Assembly (NCBI GenBank): GCA_963763325.1
Contig: CAVXOL010000024.1
Coordinates: 66,984-130,983, forward strand
Length of the DNA stretch: 64,000 nt
Direction of reading: 5' to 3'
Source of the DNA: an uncultured Chloroflexia bacterium
Lineage (GTDB): Bacteria > Chloroflexota > Chloroflexia > Thermomicrobiales > CFX8
Numbering within the stretch: position 1 is the first letter of the stretch; each line of letters begins with the position of its first letter. The position numbers and the translations under genes are program-made. Below the pieces are notes generated by a model. That model was not told the DNA's origin and made no database searches. It saw only the letters and a program-made list of their open reading frames with translations. Shown here piece after piece: positions 20,201 through 31,404 of the stretch.

Positions 20201-21612
20201 TCGGCTTCTACAGCGTCGTCGAGGGATTGAGTCGCGCATCTGCCGGATCCGATCTCGGCCAGTTCCTGACCCACTGGGGCATCTTCTTCGGCATCGTCGC
20301 GATCGTCGCGGCTCGTGGTCTGGTCCGTCGCCTCCCGTCCGACCTCGTACTGCGCGACGCGCTGTTGCTTTCGGTCGTAACGCTGGTCGGCGGAACCTTT
20401 GCCGAAGTGCTCTCGCTGGCGCGCGGCGACGGTCTCCCTGGCACCCAGGCCGTCGTCGCAATCCTGTTGGCAGCGACGATCGTCGGCCTGGCTGCCGGAG
20501 CGACTCGGCTGATGCTGCAACCGGCCATCTTCGTTGGACTCGCGACCGCGCTGGCGTTTCTGTCTGGAGTTGTCTCGCTCTACCGCCCTTCAGCCGCAGT
20601 CGCACTGGCCATTACGGCCGCCGCGACGTTCTTCATGATCGTGAATCGTCGCGTCCCATCGCGCTTCTTCCCGTGGGCACTGGTCGCGATTGGCTCCGCA
20701 ATCGCCGCATCGACCGAGTTCGTCTACGTTGCGGACGACCTTCGAAACAGCGACTGGGAGCGGATGAACACCGTTTTCAAGTTCTACCTGCAATCGTGGA
20801 CGTTGCTGGCAGTTGGCACTGCAGTTCTCGTCGCCAGGCTTTGGCGTGAAGCCCGATTCGGTGCTGACGGTGAAACCCCGCAGCCGCTTGGGATCGTCGC
20901 CGAACCGGCAACACGCCGGACCCCGGCAGTGACCGTCCGGGACACCTCGCTCCGATCGACGCGGGTCGCCGCCGTCGTCGCTACCACGCTGCTCGCATTC
21001 GGAATGATCTACCCGGTTCTCGCGACACCTGTTCGCCTCGATTGGGACATGGAGTCGTCACCGGCTGGTTTGTCGCTCGACGGCTATGCCTGGATGGATG
21101 GCGGACAGATCCTGAACGGCACAAACGAGCCGATTGAGTTTTCCGGAGATCTCGCTGCCATAGATTGGCTGAACGAGCACGCTGATGGGACGCCGGTGAT
21201 CCTCGAAGCATCGATCGGGCCATATCGCGGGAACGGTTCGCGCATCTCCAGCGCGACCGGCCTGCCGACGGTCCTCGGCTGGGACCGTCACCAGCGCCAG
21301 CAGCGCTATGAGCCAGGCATCTCCCAACGGATGGCGGATGTCCGCGCCATCTATAACGAAACCGATCTAACGACCAAGCTTGAGGAGCTTCGTCGCTATC
21401 GTGTCCGCTACGTGATTGTCGGTGACGTCGAACGCTACTGGAACCTGCCCGAGAACCCCACCTACTACGCTTCAGCCGAGGGCCTGGCTGCGTTTGATGC
21501 CCTGCTCGGCAACGGGCTGGAGCTGGCTTTCGAGTCGGGCAACACCCGCGTCTACGAGGTGCTGGACTTTCCGCGCGTCGCGCCTGCGCCTGGTGCGGTT
21601 GCCAGCCAGTGA
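17218..21612 (+). CDS. Giant polytopic membrane protein: N-terminal GT39/PMT-like (ArnT-type) glycosyltransferase region fused to a DUF2298 / Chlor_Arch_YYY domain
   Basis: The ORF opens at 17146; the likely start is ATG 17218. It has dozens of hydrophobic segments. The motif DPWYADGIINYYYYGWHL is at about 19520-19570. Confidence 0.7.
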   Translation: MRDRLRRSNPYHLGLLLIVAVGLFLRAYGLNWDDGLYLHPDERFIAIVSSDRIDMPPSDDIGSIFDPETSPLNPRRIDPATGQPLSFAYGTLPVYVQSVTAWVINLIAETDYQSYPHIYKVGRVLNVLLDTLTVWLVFLLAQRIFRPSAGLVAAALYALAVLPIQLSHFFTVDIWLTFFVTASLYLAIRYLDRPTFGRALLLAVPVGCAFATKASVPSLIVPLLLMAGWTLWKSTDRLMVMSSLLSAGALSLIVFTLFEPYAIVNSGPFIEDIRIQARIVRGEFDVPFTRQFVGLTPGLYELRNLFLFTVGPAFLVAGMVGVVHAAQRGWQRRDPAIVIVLSWIVAYIPTLLITEARFLRYALPLVPVLAVVAGGLLTTRVRVERRVLMRVATTSILVVTAVWAIGFITIYSREHSRIDASKWMASNIPPGSAVASETWDDVLPLPYSGATFMGYQHVEFQIYDDAPPEEKAQYIAETLMAADYVVLSSDRVIESVDNLPWRYGVQNEYYRRLLAGQLGFQLVYQAEVRPELFDIEYDDSSADESLTVYDHPRVRIFQKVENLDAAQIRERLLWGINQPWESQRYPAEKQLMLGEPVSEIETTADASWNGLAVDHALIAIVVWLLAVELIGLAVLPLAATVLGRTPDRGAFSARLLGLVLLGWIGWITATLGFWQSRSANITLTLAAIAGLCWGFAHWRAREGTPLKLPTRRAYAASLTVWLGLFGFFLLLRAIYPDFWQTWFGGEKPFELAYLRAVAASTEFPPFDPWYADGIINYYYYGWHLLATVIKLSGVGVSHGFQLGSATFAALLGLQVASLGAVVFRRGRVRVPIRAVAAGGAVAVVAVSFVGNLDALRQVIEQRGVRSDSFDFWRSRSVIDYTINEFPYFSTIWADVHPHVINFPIIALLLTLLAQIVLDGPPTTFRGLVPFAAVTSLVLGTIAVTNSWDAPLMVLMTVAAFVYVGLLRSWQAGIVSGVLGVMTVAIAFLIFAPFYIGFYSVVEGLSRASAGSDLGQFLTHWGIFFGIVAIVAARGLVRRLPSDLVLRDALLLSVVTLVGGTFAEVLSLARGDGLPGTQAVVAILLAATIVGLAAGATRLMLQPAIFVGLATALAFLSGVVSLYRPSAAVALAITAAATFFMIVNRRVPSRFFPWALVAIGSAIAASTEFVYVADDLRNSDWERMNTVFKFYLQSWTLLAVGTAVLVARLWREARFGADGETPQPLGIVAEPATRRTPAVTVRDTSLRSTRVAAVVATTLLAFGMIYPVLATPVRLDWDMESSPAGLSLDGYAWMDGGQILNGTNEPIEFSGDLAAIDWLNEHADGTPVILEASIGPYRGNGSRISSATGLPTVLGWDRHQRQQRYEPGISQRMADVRAIYNETDLTTKLEELRRYRVRYVIVGDVERYWNLPENPTYYASAEGLAAFDALLGNGLELAFESGNTRVYEVLDFPRVAPAPGAVASQ

Positions 21613-23882
21613 GCGACATCGAAGCGATCGTCCGCTGGTATCTCGCGCTGACGCTGATTGCCGCCGCGCTGCTGCCGTTCGTCGCCTGGCTGGGGAATCG
21701 GCTTGGTCCTGCGCGTTATGGACTGCTTCGCCCACTGTCGCTCGTGGCGCTGACAGCGATGGTCTGGTGGTCCGCTGCGGTCGCGAATCTGCCCTTCACA
21801 CGCTGGTCACTCGTTGCGGCATTAGTGCTGGCGGCAGCCGCTGGCTGGGGATTGTGGGCAAGGCGAGGGATCGACTTCGCAGACTGGCGGTCATTGCTCG
21901 CATTCGAGGCGCTCTGGCTGTTCATGTTCCTCGTCTACGCCTGGTTCCGCGGCTTTCAGCCGGACATCATCAACACCGAGAAGCCAATGGAGATCGCGCT
22001 GCTCACCTCGGTCAGCCGCTCATCGGAGGTACCGGCGCCCGATCCCTGGTTCGCCGGATCAGCAATCAACTACTATTATTTCGGCTACCAGACCTTCGCA
22101 AGCGCCATCAACCTGTCATCCGTCCCAGCCGCGACCGGCTTCAACCTCGCCCTCGCGACCCTCTTCGCTTCCGGAGCGACTGTCGCCGCCTCGGCTGGCG
22201 CGACTCTTTTGCGAGCACTCGGCGCATCGCGACGATTGATCGTCATCGGGGCCGGCCTCGCCGTTGTGCTCCTGCTTCTGGCTGGAAACCTGGAAACCGC
22301 CAACCGCTACATCGACGACCCGGACGCCACGGTTGACGCTGGATGGTGGGACGGAGTCGGATGGCAGGCGAGCAGAGTTATCTACGACAACGACATTTTC
22401 GCACCAGGAGACGAACGGCAGACGATCAACGAATTCCCGGCATTCTCTTTCGTCCTTGGCGACCTCCACCCACACGTGCTCACGCTCCCGATGCTCGCCG
22501 TCGTCCTCGTATTAGCACTGGGGATCGGACTCTCCCGTGAGCGTGAGTCTTGGCTGAAGCTGAGCGCCATCGGCGCCCTGGTAGGACTCCTGTATGCGTC
22601 CAACAGCTGGGACGCGCCGGCCGGCATGCTGCTGGTGACCGGCTCTCTGGCCGTCGCCTACCGATTCGCGTGGCGACCAGTTATCCGCGACACGCTCATC
22701 GTTGCTACCGGAGCGCTCGTGATGGCCGCCCCATTTCTGCTCCAGTTCAGCGCGCCTGTCGGCGTCGCCAATTCGAGCGTTCCCGGATGGCTGAGCGACA
22801 TTCCAATCGTCGGACGCGTCTTCAACACATTTGCGTTCGTCAGTTGGCGCCCGTCGAGCGTCAGCGAGTTGCTGACTGTCCACGGAGTCTGGATAGCCTC
22901 ATTCGCAGGCTTCGCTGCCGTCGAGTTGGTCCGTGACCATTCGCTGTTTGACGTCATGCGCCAGCGACTTCACTTCTGGCTCGCGGGAGGTATCCTCGCC
23001 TTCGGCGTCGCGATGGCATGGGCGCCAGCAATACTGTTGCTGGGCATACCGCTTGGCCTTGCGCTCTGGTTCACAGTCAGATCTGTTCGTCAACCTGTGC
23101 GCGTGCTGGCCGGGCTGTTCGCCGCTGGATTCCTGCTCGCGCTGGTTCCCGAGTTCGTCTACATCCAGGACGTGTTCAACGACCGAATGAACACCGTCTT
23201 CAAACTCTTCTACCAGGCGTGGCTGATGCTAAGCATCGCGAGCGCGGCCGCTCTCGTGTATGCGACCTCTCAGACCCCCCGGACCTATCGGATACCGGCA
23301 ATTGCCGCCGCGTCGCTGCTCGTCCTCCTCACCCTCCCCTACACCCCACTTTCCGCGCAGGACTGGACCAACGACTTCGCAGAGCGCCAGGGGCTGGATG
23401 GGATGGCCTACATCGCTCAAAATGCCCCCGGTGATCGCGATGCGATCGATTGGATCGCGAGTCACGCGGCAGATGGAGACATCATTGTCGAGTCACCGGG
23501 CTGCTCGTATGCAAATGCCGCGGGCGCCCCGCTCAGCCGCGTATCCGCATTCAGCGGAGTTCCGACGATCCTTGGCTGGCACGGACACGAGTCACAGTGG
23601 CGCCGTGGAGAATTTACTGCGATCGGAGAGATTCTCGACCAACGCGCCGCTCAGGCAAATGCGATTCTCGACGGTACGATTTCAGCATCAGAGACCGACG
23701 TGCGCTTCGTTGTGCTTGGCCGGCAGGAGGTCCTGGGTACTCCGGACTGCAACCTGACCTACCCGCGCGACACAGACCCGGCCGATGCGCTCGTGTCGGC
23801 AGGATGGGACGTTGCCTTCGTGAGCGGTGATCTGACGATCTTCGCTCGGCCTGATGACCCGGTTGTGGCACAATTGCGTTGA
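21609..23882 (+). CDS. DUF2298 / Chlor_Arch_YYY family polytopic membrane protein (paralog of the C-terminal part of the upstream gene)
   Basis: 757-aa ORF whose start overlaps the upstream stop (GTGA). The motif DPWFAGSAINYYYFGYQ is at about 22040-22086. Its C-terminal soluble region parallels that of the upstream protein (PTILGWHGHESQWR versus PTVLGWDRHQRQQR). Confidence 0.7.
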   Translation: MSDIEAIVRWYLALTLIAAALLPFVAWLGNRLGPARYGLLRPLSLVALTAMVWWSAAVANLPFTRWSLVAALVLAAAAGWGLWARRGIDFADWRSLLAFEALWLFMFLVYAWFRGFQPDIINTEKPMEIALLTSVSRSSEVPAPDPWFAGSAINYYYFGYQTFASAINLSSVPAATGFNLALATLFASGATVAASAGATLLRALGASRRLIVIGAGLAVVLLLLAGNLETANRYIDDPDATVDAGWWDGVGWQASRVIYDNDIFAPGDERQTINEFPAFSFVLGDLHPHVLTLPMLAVVLVLALGIGLSRERESWLKLSAIGALVGLLYASNSWDAPAGMLLVTGSLAVAYRFAWRPVIRDTLIVATGALVMAAPFLLQFSAPVGVANSSVPGWLSDIPIVGRVFNTFAFVSWRPSSVSELLTVHGVWIASFAGFAAVELVRDHSLFDVMRQRLHFWLAGGILAFGVAMAWAPAILLLGIPLGLALWFTVRSVRQPVRVLAGLFAAGFLLALVPEFVYIQDVFNDRMNTVFKLFYQAWLMLSIASAAALVYATSQTPRTYRIPAIAAASLLVLLTLPYTPLSAQDWTNDFAERQGLDGMAYIAQNAPGDRDAIDWIASHAADGDIIVESPGCSYANAAGAPLSRVSAFSGVPTILGWHGHESQWRRGEFTAIGEILDQRAAQANAILDGTISASETDVRFVVLGRQEVLGTPDCNLTYPRDTDPADALVSAGWDVAFVSGDLTIFARPDDPVVAQLR

Positions 23883-23989
23883 TCCGGAATACCGAAATCT
23901 GGTAGGATTTCAGCCTGTCCCCAGCGTGGGGTATTTGGTGTTGTCTACGATACGGCACCGATCCAATCATGTTCTACAGGAGGTACGCC

Positions 23990-24598
23990 ATAAGCACCAG
24001 ACCAGTTCGAGTCAACGAGCGCATTCGTGTCCGCGAGGTTCGTCTGATTGATGAGGACGGAACGCAGCTCGGGGTCGTCCAGACGCGTGACGCCCTGGAA
24101 ACTGCGCGCGAGAAGGGTCTGGATCTCGTCGAGGTCCAGCCGAACGCCGTCCCGCCCGTCTGCCGGCTCATGGATTATGGGCGGTTCCGTTACGAGGAGA
24201 GCCGCAAGGAACGAGAGTCGCGCAAGAAATCAAAGGGCGCGGTCCTCAAGGAAGTGCGGATCTATCCGAAAATCGGCGATCACGATCTGCACACGAAGGC
24301 CCGTCAGGCGCAGCGCTTCCTGGAAGATGGCGACAAGGTCAAGGTTGCCGTCCTGTTCCGGGGCCGTGAGATGCTGCACCAGGAGATCGGTCGCGAGTTG
24401 CTCAAGCAGGTCGTTGCACAGTTGCAGCCGTACAGCTCGGTAGACCAGGATGCGCGGATGGAAGGACGGACGATGTCCGTTCTGCTCAGTCCGAAGAGAG
24501 AGTTCGTCAAGGTCGACGGGGTGAGCCCGGCCGACCTCGAGAAGGCCCGTGCCGCACAGGCTGAGGCGACCCGTGAAGAGGCGCCTGTCGAGGGCTAG
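23990..24598 (+). CDS. infC: Translation initiation factor IF-3, probably with a non-canonical ATA start
   Basis: Motif NERIRVREVRLIDEDGTQLGV. AGGAGG at 23978-23983 lies 6 nt before the in-frame ATA at 23990. The ORF-track ATG at 23969 would put the SD inside the coding region. Confidence 0.85.
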   Translation: MSTRPVRVNERIRVREVRLIDEDGTQLGVVQTRDALETAREKGLDLVEVQPNAVPPVCRLMDYGRFRYEESRKERESRKKSKGAVLKEVRIYPKIGDHDLHTKARQAQRFLEDGDKVKVAVLFRGREMLHQEIGRELLKQVVAQLQPYSSVDQDARMEGRTMSVLLSPKREFVKVDGVSPADLEKARAAQAEATREEAPVEG

Positions 24599-24686
24599 AC
24601 GCAATATACGCGATCAACGAGGTGCGGCGCCGCGCAGCGGCGCCGTTCCGGTGTCACCATGAAGCAGGGAGTGAGGGGGCGGTACC

Positions 24687-24890
24687 ATGCCGAAGATGAA
24701 GACCAACAAGCAGGCCGCACGCCGGTTCAAGATAACCGGAACCGGCAAAGTGATGCGCGCTCATGGTGGCAAGAGCCACCTGCGTCGCAAGAAGTCCAAG
24801 AGGTCGCGGAACATGTTCGACAAGATGTTCGAAGTCAACGCGGCCGACCGCAAGCGCATCAAGCGCCTGCTGCCGTACGGCACGAACTAG
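24687..24890 (+). CDS. rpmI: 50S ribosomal protein L35
   Basis: N-terminus MPKMKTNKQAARRFKITGTGKV, 67 aa. Confidence 0.9.
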   Translation: MPKMKTNKQAARRFKITGTGKVMRAHGGKSHLRRKKSKRSRNMFDKMFEVNAADRKRIKRLLPYGTN

Positions 24891-24946
24891 TCCAGCTCGA
24901 TCCGGCCGCCAACCCGGTCCGGCATACTTTCGGAGGGATCTGACCA

Positions 24947-25300
24947 ATGGCTCGAATCAAGCGTGGCGTGACCACACGGCGCAGGCACAGGGCGGTTCTT
25001 AACCGCGCCGAGGGGTTCCGCGGGACACGCAATCGCCTCTTCAAGCGCGCCAACGAAGCAGTCATGCGCTCGCTCATGTACCAGTATCGCGACCGGCGAA
25101 CACGCAAGCGCCAGATGCGCCGCCTCTGGATCACGCGTATCAACGCAGCCGCCCGTGAGAATGGCATGACCTATGGACGCTTCATTGAAGGCCTCCACAA
25201 GGCTGGCGTGACGGTCGATCGAAAGATTCTCGCAGACCTCGCCGTCCGCGATGCCGCCGCGTTCTCGAAGTTTGTTGAGGTCGCGCGAGGCGCCATCTAG
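24947..25300 (+). CDS. rplT: 50S ribosomal protein L20
   Basis: N-terminus [15 protein letters not shown], 117 aa, immediately after rpmI. Confidence 0.9.
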   Translation: MARIKRGVTTRRRHRAVLNRAEGFRGTRNRLFKRANEAVMRSLMYQYRDRRTRKRQMRRLWITRINAAARENGMTYGRFIEGLHKAGVTVDRKILADLAVRDAAAFSKFVEVARGAI

Positions 25301-25309
25301 GCGCGCCCG

Positions 25310-26132
25310 GTGACCGTCACGAACGCTCCTCATGGCTGGGACGAGCTGATCACCAGCCCGGCCAACCCAACGATCAAGCTGGCCCGCTCGCTGCACCGGA
25401 GACGGATGCGACACCGCGAGCGGGCGATTCTTGTCGAAGGCACACGTGCCATCCACGCCGCGAGCGAGCACGGCGCTGAGATCCGTGCCCTGCTGATCGA
25501 CGCGGCCCGAGCGGGAGATGTCGATCCACTGTTGCTGTCGAGCCTGCGAGAAACCGCTCGGCGCGTCCTCCTGGTCGACGCTCCACTCTTTCAACAGGTT
25601 ACGGAAACTGACCATCCGCAGCCGCTGGTTGCGATCTGCGCGATGCCGAACGTTGTCCTACCGATCGATTCGACATTTGTCGTCGCTCTCGACGGTGTTC
25701 GTGACCCGGGGAACCTCGGGACACTCCTCGCGTAGCAGCGCAGCGGCCGGAGCGGACGGAGTTGCCATCCTGCATGGGAGCGTCGATCCGTATAATCCCA
25801 AGGCAGTCCGCGCCTCGGTCGGAGCCATCTTTGCGCTGCCGATTCAATCATTCGCTGCTGTGGAAGACATTTCTGACCGTTGCTTTCTCGAGCGTCCGAA
25901 CGTCGTTGTCGCCGACTCTGACGCCGAACTCTCGTACGATGCTGTCGACTGGACTCAGCCGTCGCTTCTCATAATCGGGGGTGAAGCAGAAGGAGTCAGT
26001 CCAGAGGTGCGTACGTACGCGGATATCGCCGTCTCGATCCCGATGGCGCCTGGTGTCGAATCGCTCAACGCAGCCGTCGCAGGATCAATCGTTGCCTTCG
26101 AGATCGCTCGGCAGCGACGTGCGATTCGCTGA
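25310..26132 (+). CDS. TrmH/SpoU-family RNA 2'-O-methyltransferase with one frame change near 25732
   Basis: ORF 25310..25735 ends ...DGVRDPGNLGTLLA. The sequence continues in ORF 25518..26132 as RSSAAAGADGV...IGGEAEGVS...IPMAPGVESLNAAVAGSI. Confidence 0.8.
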
Positions 26133-26134
26133 TT

Positions 26135-26163
26135 TTCCGCGTACATACGCGGAATATTTCTTT
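26135..26163 (+). terminator. Rho-independent terminator after the methyltransferase gene
   Basis: TTCCGCGTA-CA-TACGCGGAA forms a 9-bp perfect stem and is followed by TATTTCTTT. Confidence 0.6.
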
Positions 26164-26189
26164 GGCTTGCCGCTCATCTGTGCTATAGT
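26162..26189 (+). promoter_or_regulatory. Candidate promoter of the HU gene
   Basis: TTGGCT (26162-26167), then 16 nt, then an extended -10 TGCTATAGT (26181-26189). Confidence 0.4.
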
Positions 26190-26258
26190 CGCTCCCTGAC
26201 CCCTCCGCCGTTGCGATTGATGCATGGCGGTTCGACCGGGATGAGGAGGCAATACAGC

Positions 26259-26543
26259 ATGAGGAAGCAGGATCTGGTTAAGGCCGTTGCAGGTAGCACT
26301 AATATGCCCGAAGGACAGGTCTCGACTGTCGTTCAGGCCACCTTCGACGCCATCCGCGACAGCCTTGCCAGCGGCGAGGAAGTGACCATCACCGGATTCG
26401 GCTCGTTCCGAATCTCTGAGCGCGGTGCGCGCGAGGGCCGCAACCCGCAGACCGGCGATCGCATCACGATCCCCGCTCGCAAAAGTCCATCCTTCCGGCC
26501 AGGCACGCAGCTCAAGCGGGCAGTCGGCGGCGACGACGCATAG
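26259..26543 (+). CDS. hup: HU-family nucleoid-associated DNA-binding protein
   Basis: Motifs MRKQDLVKAV and GFGSFRISERGAREGRNPQTG. GAGGAGG precedes the start at 26243-26249. Confidence 0.85.
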   Translation: MRKQDLVKAVAGSTNMPEGQVSTVVQATFDAIRDSLASGEEVTITGFGSFRISERGAREGRNPQTGDRITIPARKSPSFRPGTQLKRAVGGDDA

Positions 26544-26570
26544 TTCCCCGGCCTACATCGAAAGACCGCG

Positions 26571-26597
26571 ACAGGCTCCCTCAATCGGGGAGCCTGT
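26571..26597 (+). terminator. Stem-loop downstream of the HU gene
   Basis: ACAGGCTCCC pairs with GGGAGCCTGT as a 10-bp stem with a 7-nt loop. The T tract is weak. Confidence 0.4.
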
Positions 26598-26628
26598 TCC
26601 GTCGCCAGTGTCACCTCAGGAGGTCTGC

Positions 26629-27234
26629 GTGGACCAGTTCATTGGAAAACGCATCATCGTTACTGGCGCGTCGAATTCCGGCAAGAGCACCCTGGCAGAG
26701 AGGCTCGCCGCGACACTCGGAGTGCCGTACATCGAACTCGACGCCCTCCATTGGGAAGACGGATGGGTCGAAGCGGAACAGGACGTGTTCCGTGAACGCA
26801 TCCGTGCGGCCATCGAGCCGGAGTCGTGGGTGATGGCAGGTAACTACCTTCAGAAGCAGCAGGATGTCAGTTGGCCGATGGCTGACACGATCGTCTTCCT
26901 CGATCTCAGCATGCCAACGGTCCTGCAACGCTGCATTCGGCGCTCCTGGCGCCGCTGGAGGACGCAGGAGCCGCTCTACGGCGGCGAGAACCGTGAGAAC
27001 TTCTGGGAACACCTGATGCTTTGGGACACCGAAAAATCGCTGATCGCCCACATCATCTCGACGCATCCTCGTCGCCGCCGGGACTTTGAATCGATGTCAC
27101 GCGATCCGCGCTGGGCGCACCTCACGTTTATTCGTCTCCGATCAGTCGCGGAGGTAGACGCTTGGCTCGCCGACGTAAGCCGCGCATCCGCGGCTGGCCG
27201 CGAATCGGGCAGGTTCGTTCGGGCCAGTCAGTAA
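26629..27234 (+). CDS. P-loop NTPase, adenylate-kinase-like / topology-modulation-like protein
   Basis: GTG start 5 nt after AGGAGG. Walker A is in IIVTGASNSGKSTLAERL. Confidence 0.55.
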   Translation: MDQFIGKRIIVTGASNSGKSTLAERLAATLGVPYIELDALHWEDGWVEAEQDVFRERIRAAIEPESWVMAGNYLQKQQDVSWPMADTIVFLDLSMPTVLQRCIRRSWRRWRTQEPLYGGENRENFWEHLMLWDTEKSLIAHIISTHPRRRRDFESMSRDPRWAHLTFIRLRSVAEVDAWLADVSRASAAGRESGRFVRASQ

Positions 27235-27257
27235 GATCACACGATTCGTGTCGAGGG

Positions 27258-28299
27258 TCAGGAAACGGTTGCGGCCGTCGCGTCGCTAGGCTCCCCGACG
27301 CTCCGGTCGCGCGCCGGGATCGCATCGCGCAGGAGCTCCGGCAGGCGCACCTCGGCCGCGTGTTCCGCGGTCCGGATCGCGCTCACCAGCCCACGTGTCG
27401 TTGAGCGACCGTGAGCGACAATGACGACCCCATTGACGCCGAGCAGTGCCGCGCCGCCGATCCCCTCAAAGTCCATGTTGTCGCGCATTCTCCGGAACGC
27501 GGGCCGCAGCATCATCGCCAGGAGTTTGTCACGCCAGTTAGCCGTCAACTCGCGTCGTAACGCCGACTGGATGCTCGCGGCGGTTCCTTCGGCGATCTTG
27601 AGGCCGATGTTGCCTGTGAAGCCGTCTGTGACCGTTACCGCCGGCGGCTTGTCGAGCATTTCGCCACCTTCGACATAGCCGATGTAGTTCAGATCAGAGC
27701 GCTCGAAGAGTTCCTGGGCTGCCCGAGTCAGCGCGTTCCCCTTGCTCGACTCCTCGCCGTTCGAGAGCAACGCCACGCTCGGGTTGGGAACGTCGAGGAC
27801 CGCCTTCGAGTACGCAGCTCCAAGGTAACCGAACTGAAGCAGCATCTCAGGCTTTCGGGTCGATGACCGCTCCAATGTCGAGCGCGTATGAGTGGTAGGT
27901 GTTGATCGCAGGAATGCGCGTGCCCAATGGCGGTCGAGAAACTCCGCGAATGCGCCCCAACGTCATCAACGCCGCCGCAACGACCGCTCCGCTGTGGCCG
28001 GCTGAGACGACTGCGTCAGCAGCGCCAGATTTCATCAGCCCAAGCGCGACCGTGATCGAGTTGTTGGCCTTGCGACGCACTGAATGCACCGCCGATTCGC
28101 CCATCCCGATCTGTTCCTCCGCATGCACGATCTCGAACGCATCCACCGGGGTGTTGCGGCTTCGCAATTCGGCTTCGACTTCCGGCTTACGCCCGACGAG
28201 TATCAACCGAATCCTGGGATCGCTTGCGAGTTCCAGCGCTGCTGAGATGTTACGAGGAACTCCGAAATCGCCACCGTGTGCATCGAGCGCGATCCGCAT
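27258..28299 (-). CDS. plsX: Phosphate acyltransferase PlsX with one frame change near 27850
   Basis: ORF 27847..28299 (MRIALDAHGGDFG...) and ORF 27258..27875 (...GFTGNIGLKIAEG...GVNGVVIVAHGRS) together form one protein. Confidence 0.85.
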
Positions 28300-28387
28300 A
28301 GTTACTGTCTCTCCGAACGAGCCGCTGAACGCCAGTTAACAACCGGAATGCTTCGGAAACGTAGGGTATCACTCTCGTGTCAGACGC

Positions 28388-28434
28388 GAAACACCCTCGC
28401 AAGCGTCGGTTCGACGGCGCGGCGAGGGTGTTTC
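28388..28434 (-). terminator. 13-bp perfect stem-loop just downstream of gyrB
   Basis: GAAACACCCTCGC (28388-28400) pairs with GCGAGGGTGTTTC (28422-28434). The loop contains CGTCG-GTT-CGACG. There is no U tract. Confidence 0.4.
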
Positions 28435-28444
28435 AGCAACCGTT

Positions 28445-30382
<1,938 letters not shown>

Positions 30383-30383
<1 letters not shown>

Positions 30384-31390
30384 TACCTTCCTGGGGCTTG
30401 AGCGTACAGGCCGAGTCGGTCGGCCCGGTCGCGATAGAACAACATAGCGGCGACGATCATGCCGCTCGCGATAACGGCGTTGAGCATGATTGCGAGCAGC
30501 GCCCCCGGCAGGCTGGTCGCCAGCTCACGCAGTGCGAACGACAATCCGGTTGTAATCAGCAGTGACGCACTCATGAAGCGCAACGATTGCCAGAAATGGT
30601 GCTGGACCACCTGATAGCTTGATCGCATCGCCGAAAGCGGCCCGGCGTCATCGATAACCATCGCGTGGATCGAGAAAAAGAAGTGGACCCACGCCCAGGT
30701 CGCTGGAAAGAGCAGGAACAGCCACAACAAAGTCACTTCTCCGAAGCCAAGCACTGCGCCGACGATCGTCGCGACCATGACCGGCATCGCGACCAGTAAT
30801 GCCAGCCCTGCCAGCGCCACCGCCCACGCCGCGATGTTTCCAGCCCGGCGTATGATCAGTCGAGGATGAACAGACAGCGTCCCCTGTCTGCTCGCGAGAG
30901 CGGCCTGCGCGAGAAGTGAGCGATACGCCGCAACGAGCAGAAAACCCGCCACAAGTATCCCGATCAGAAGCAGAAGCACGACGCCACCCGGCAAACTCGA
31001 CCAGCTTGCTCCGACGCGGATGTCTGCGATCCGATCGCCAGCGAACGACGGCACAATGCCAGGCGTTCGCAACAGCGGTACCTCAAGTGACGCGATCTCA
31101 AAAATGTTGAACCCTTCCAGCCGTGCCACTTCGGTGGCGAATGCGTCCCACCCATCACCTCGCCGTCGCAACGTGTCGGACATTGGGTTGCTCAACGGAG
31201 CAAGGGCAATGCGTGGACCGAGCAACAGATAGAGATCGAGCAATACGATCGGCAGGATTGCCAATGGTCGAAGTATCAGTGCCGCAAATCCAAACCCGAT
31301 CGTATCGATCACTCCGGGCAACGGTATTTCCCGGTCCATCCGGTTATCACGAGTCGAATTCGCCGGGTTTTCACGGTCCAGGTCGTGCAT
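30383..31390 (-). CDS. Hypothetical polytopic membrane protein
   Basis: 335-aa ORF with several long hydrophobic segments. Its stop overlaps the gyrB start. I recognise no family. Confidence 0.5.
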
Positions 31391-31404
31391 GTTCCACGTT
31401 CCCG

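Noticed and set aside
19408-20520. Long antisense ORFs inside real genes, e.g. 19408..20520(-), 45160..45920(-), 24887..25615(-), 11705..12790(+), 50839..51498(-), 61624..62223(+).
   Set aside because: They oppose genes with clear family motifs. Their products are Arg/Pro/Gly-rich and low in complexity, as expected for shadow ORFs in GC-rich DNA.
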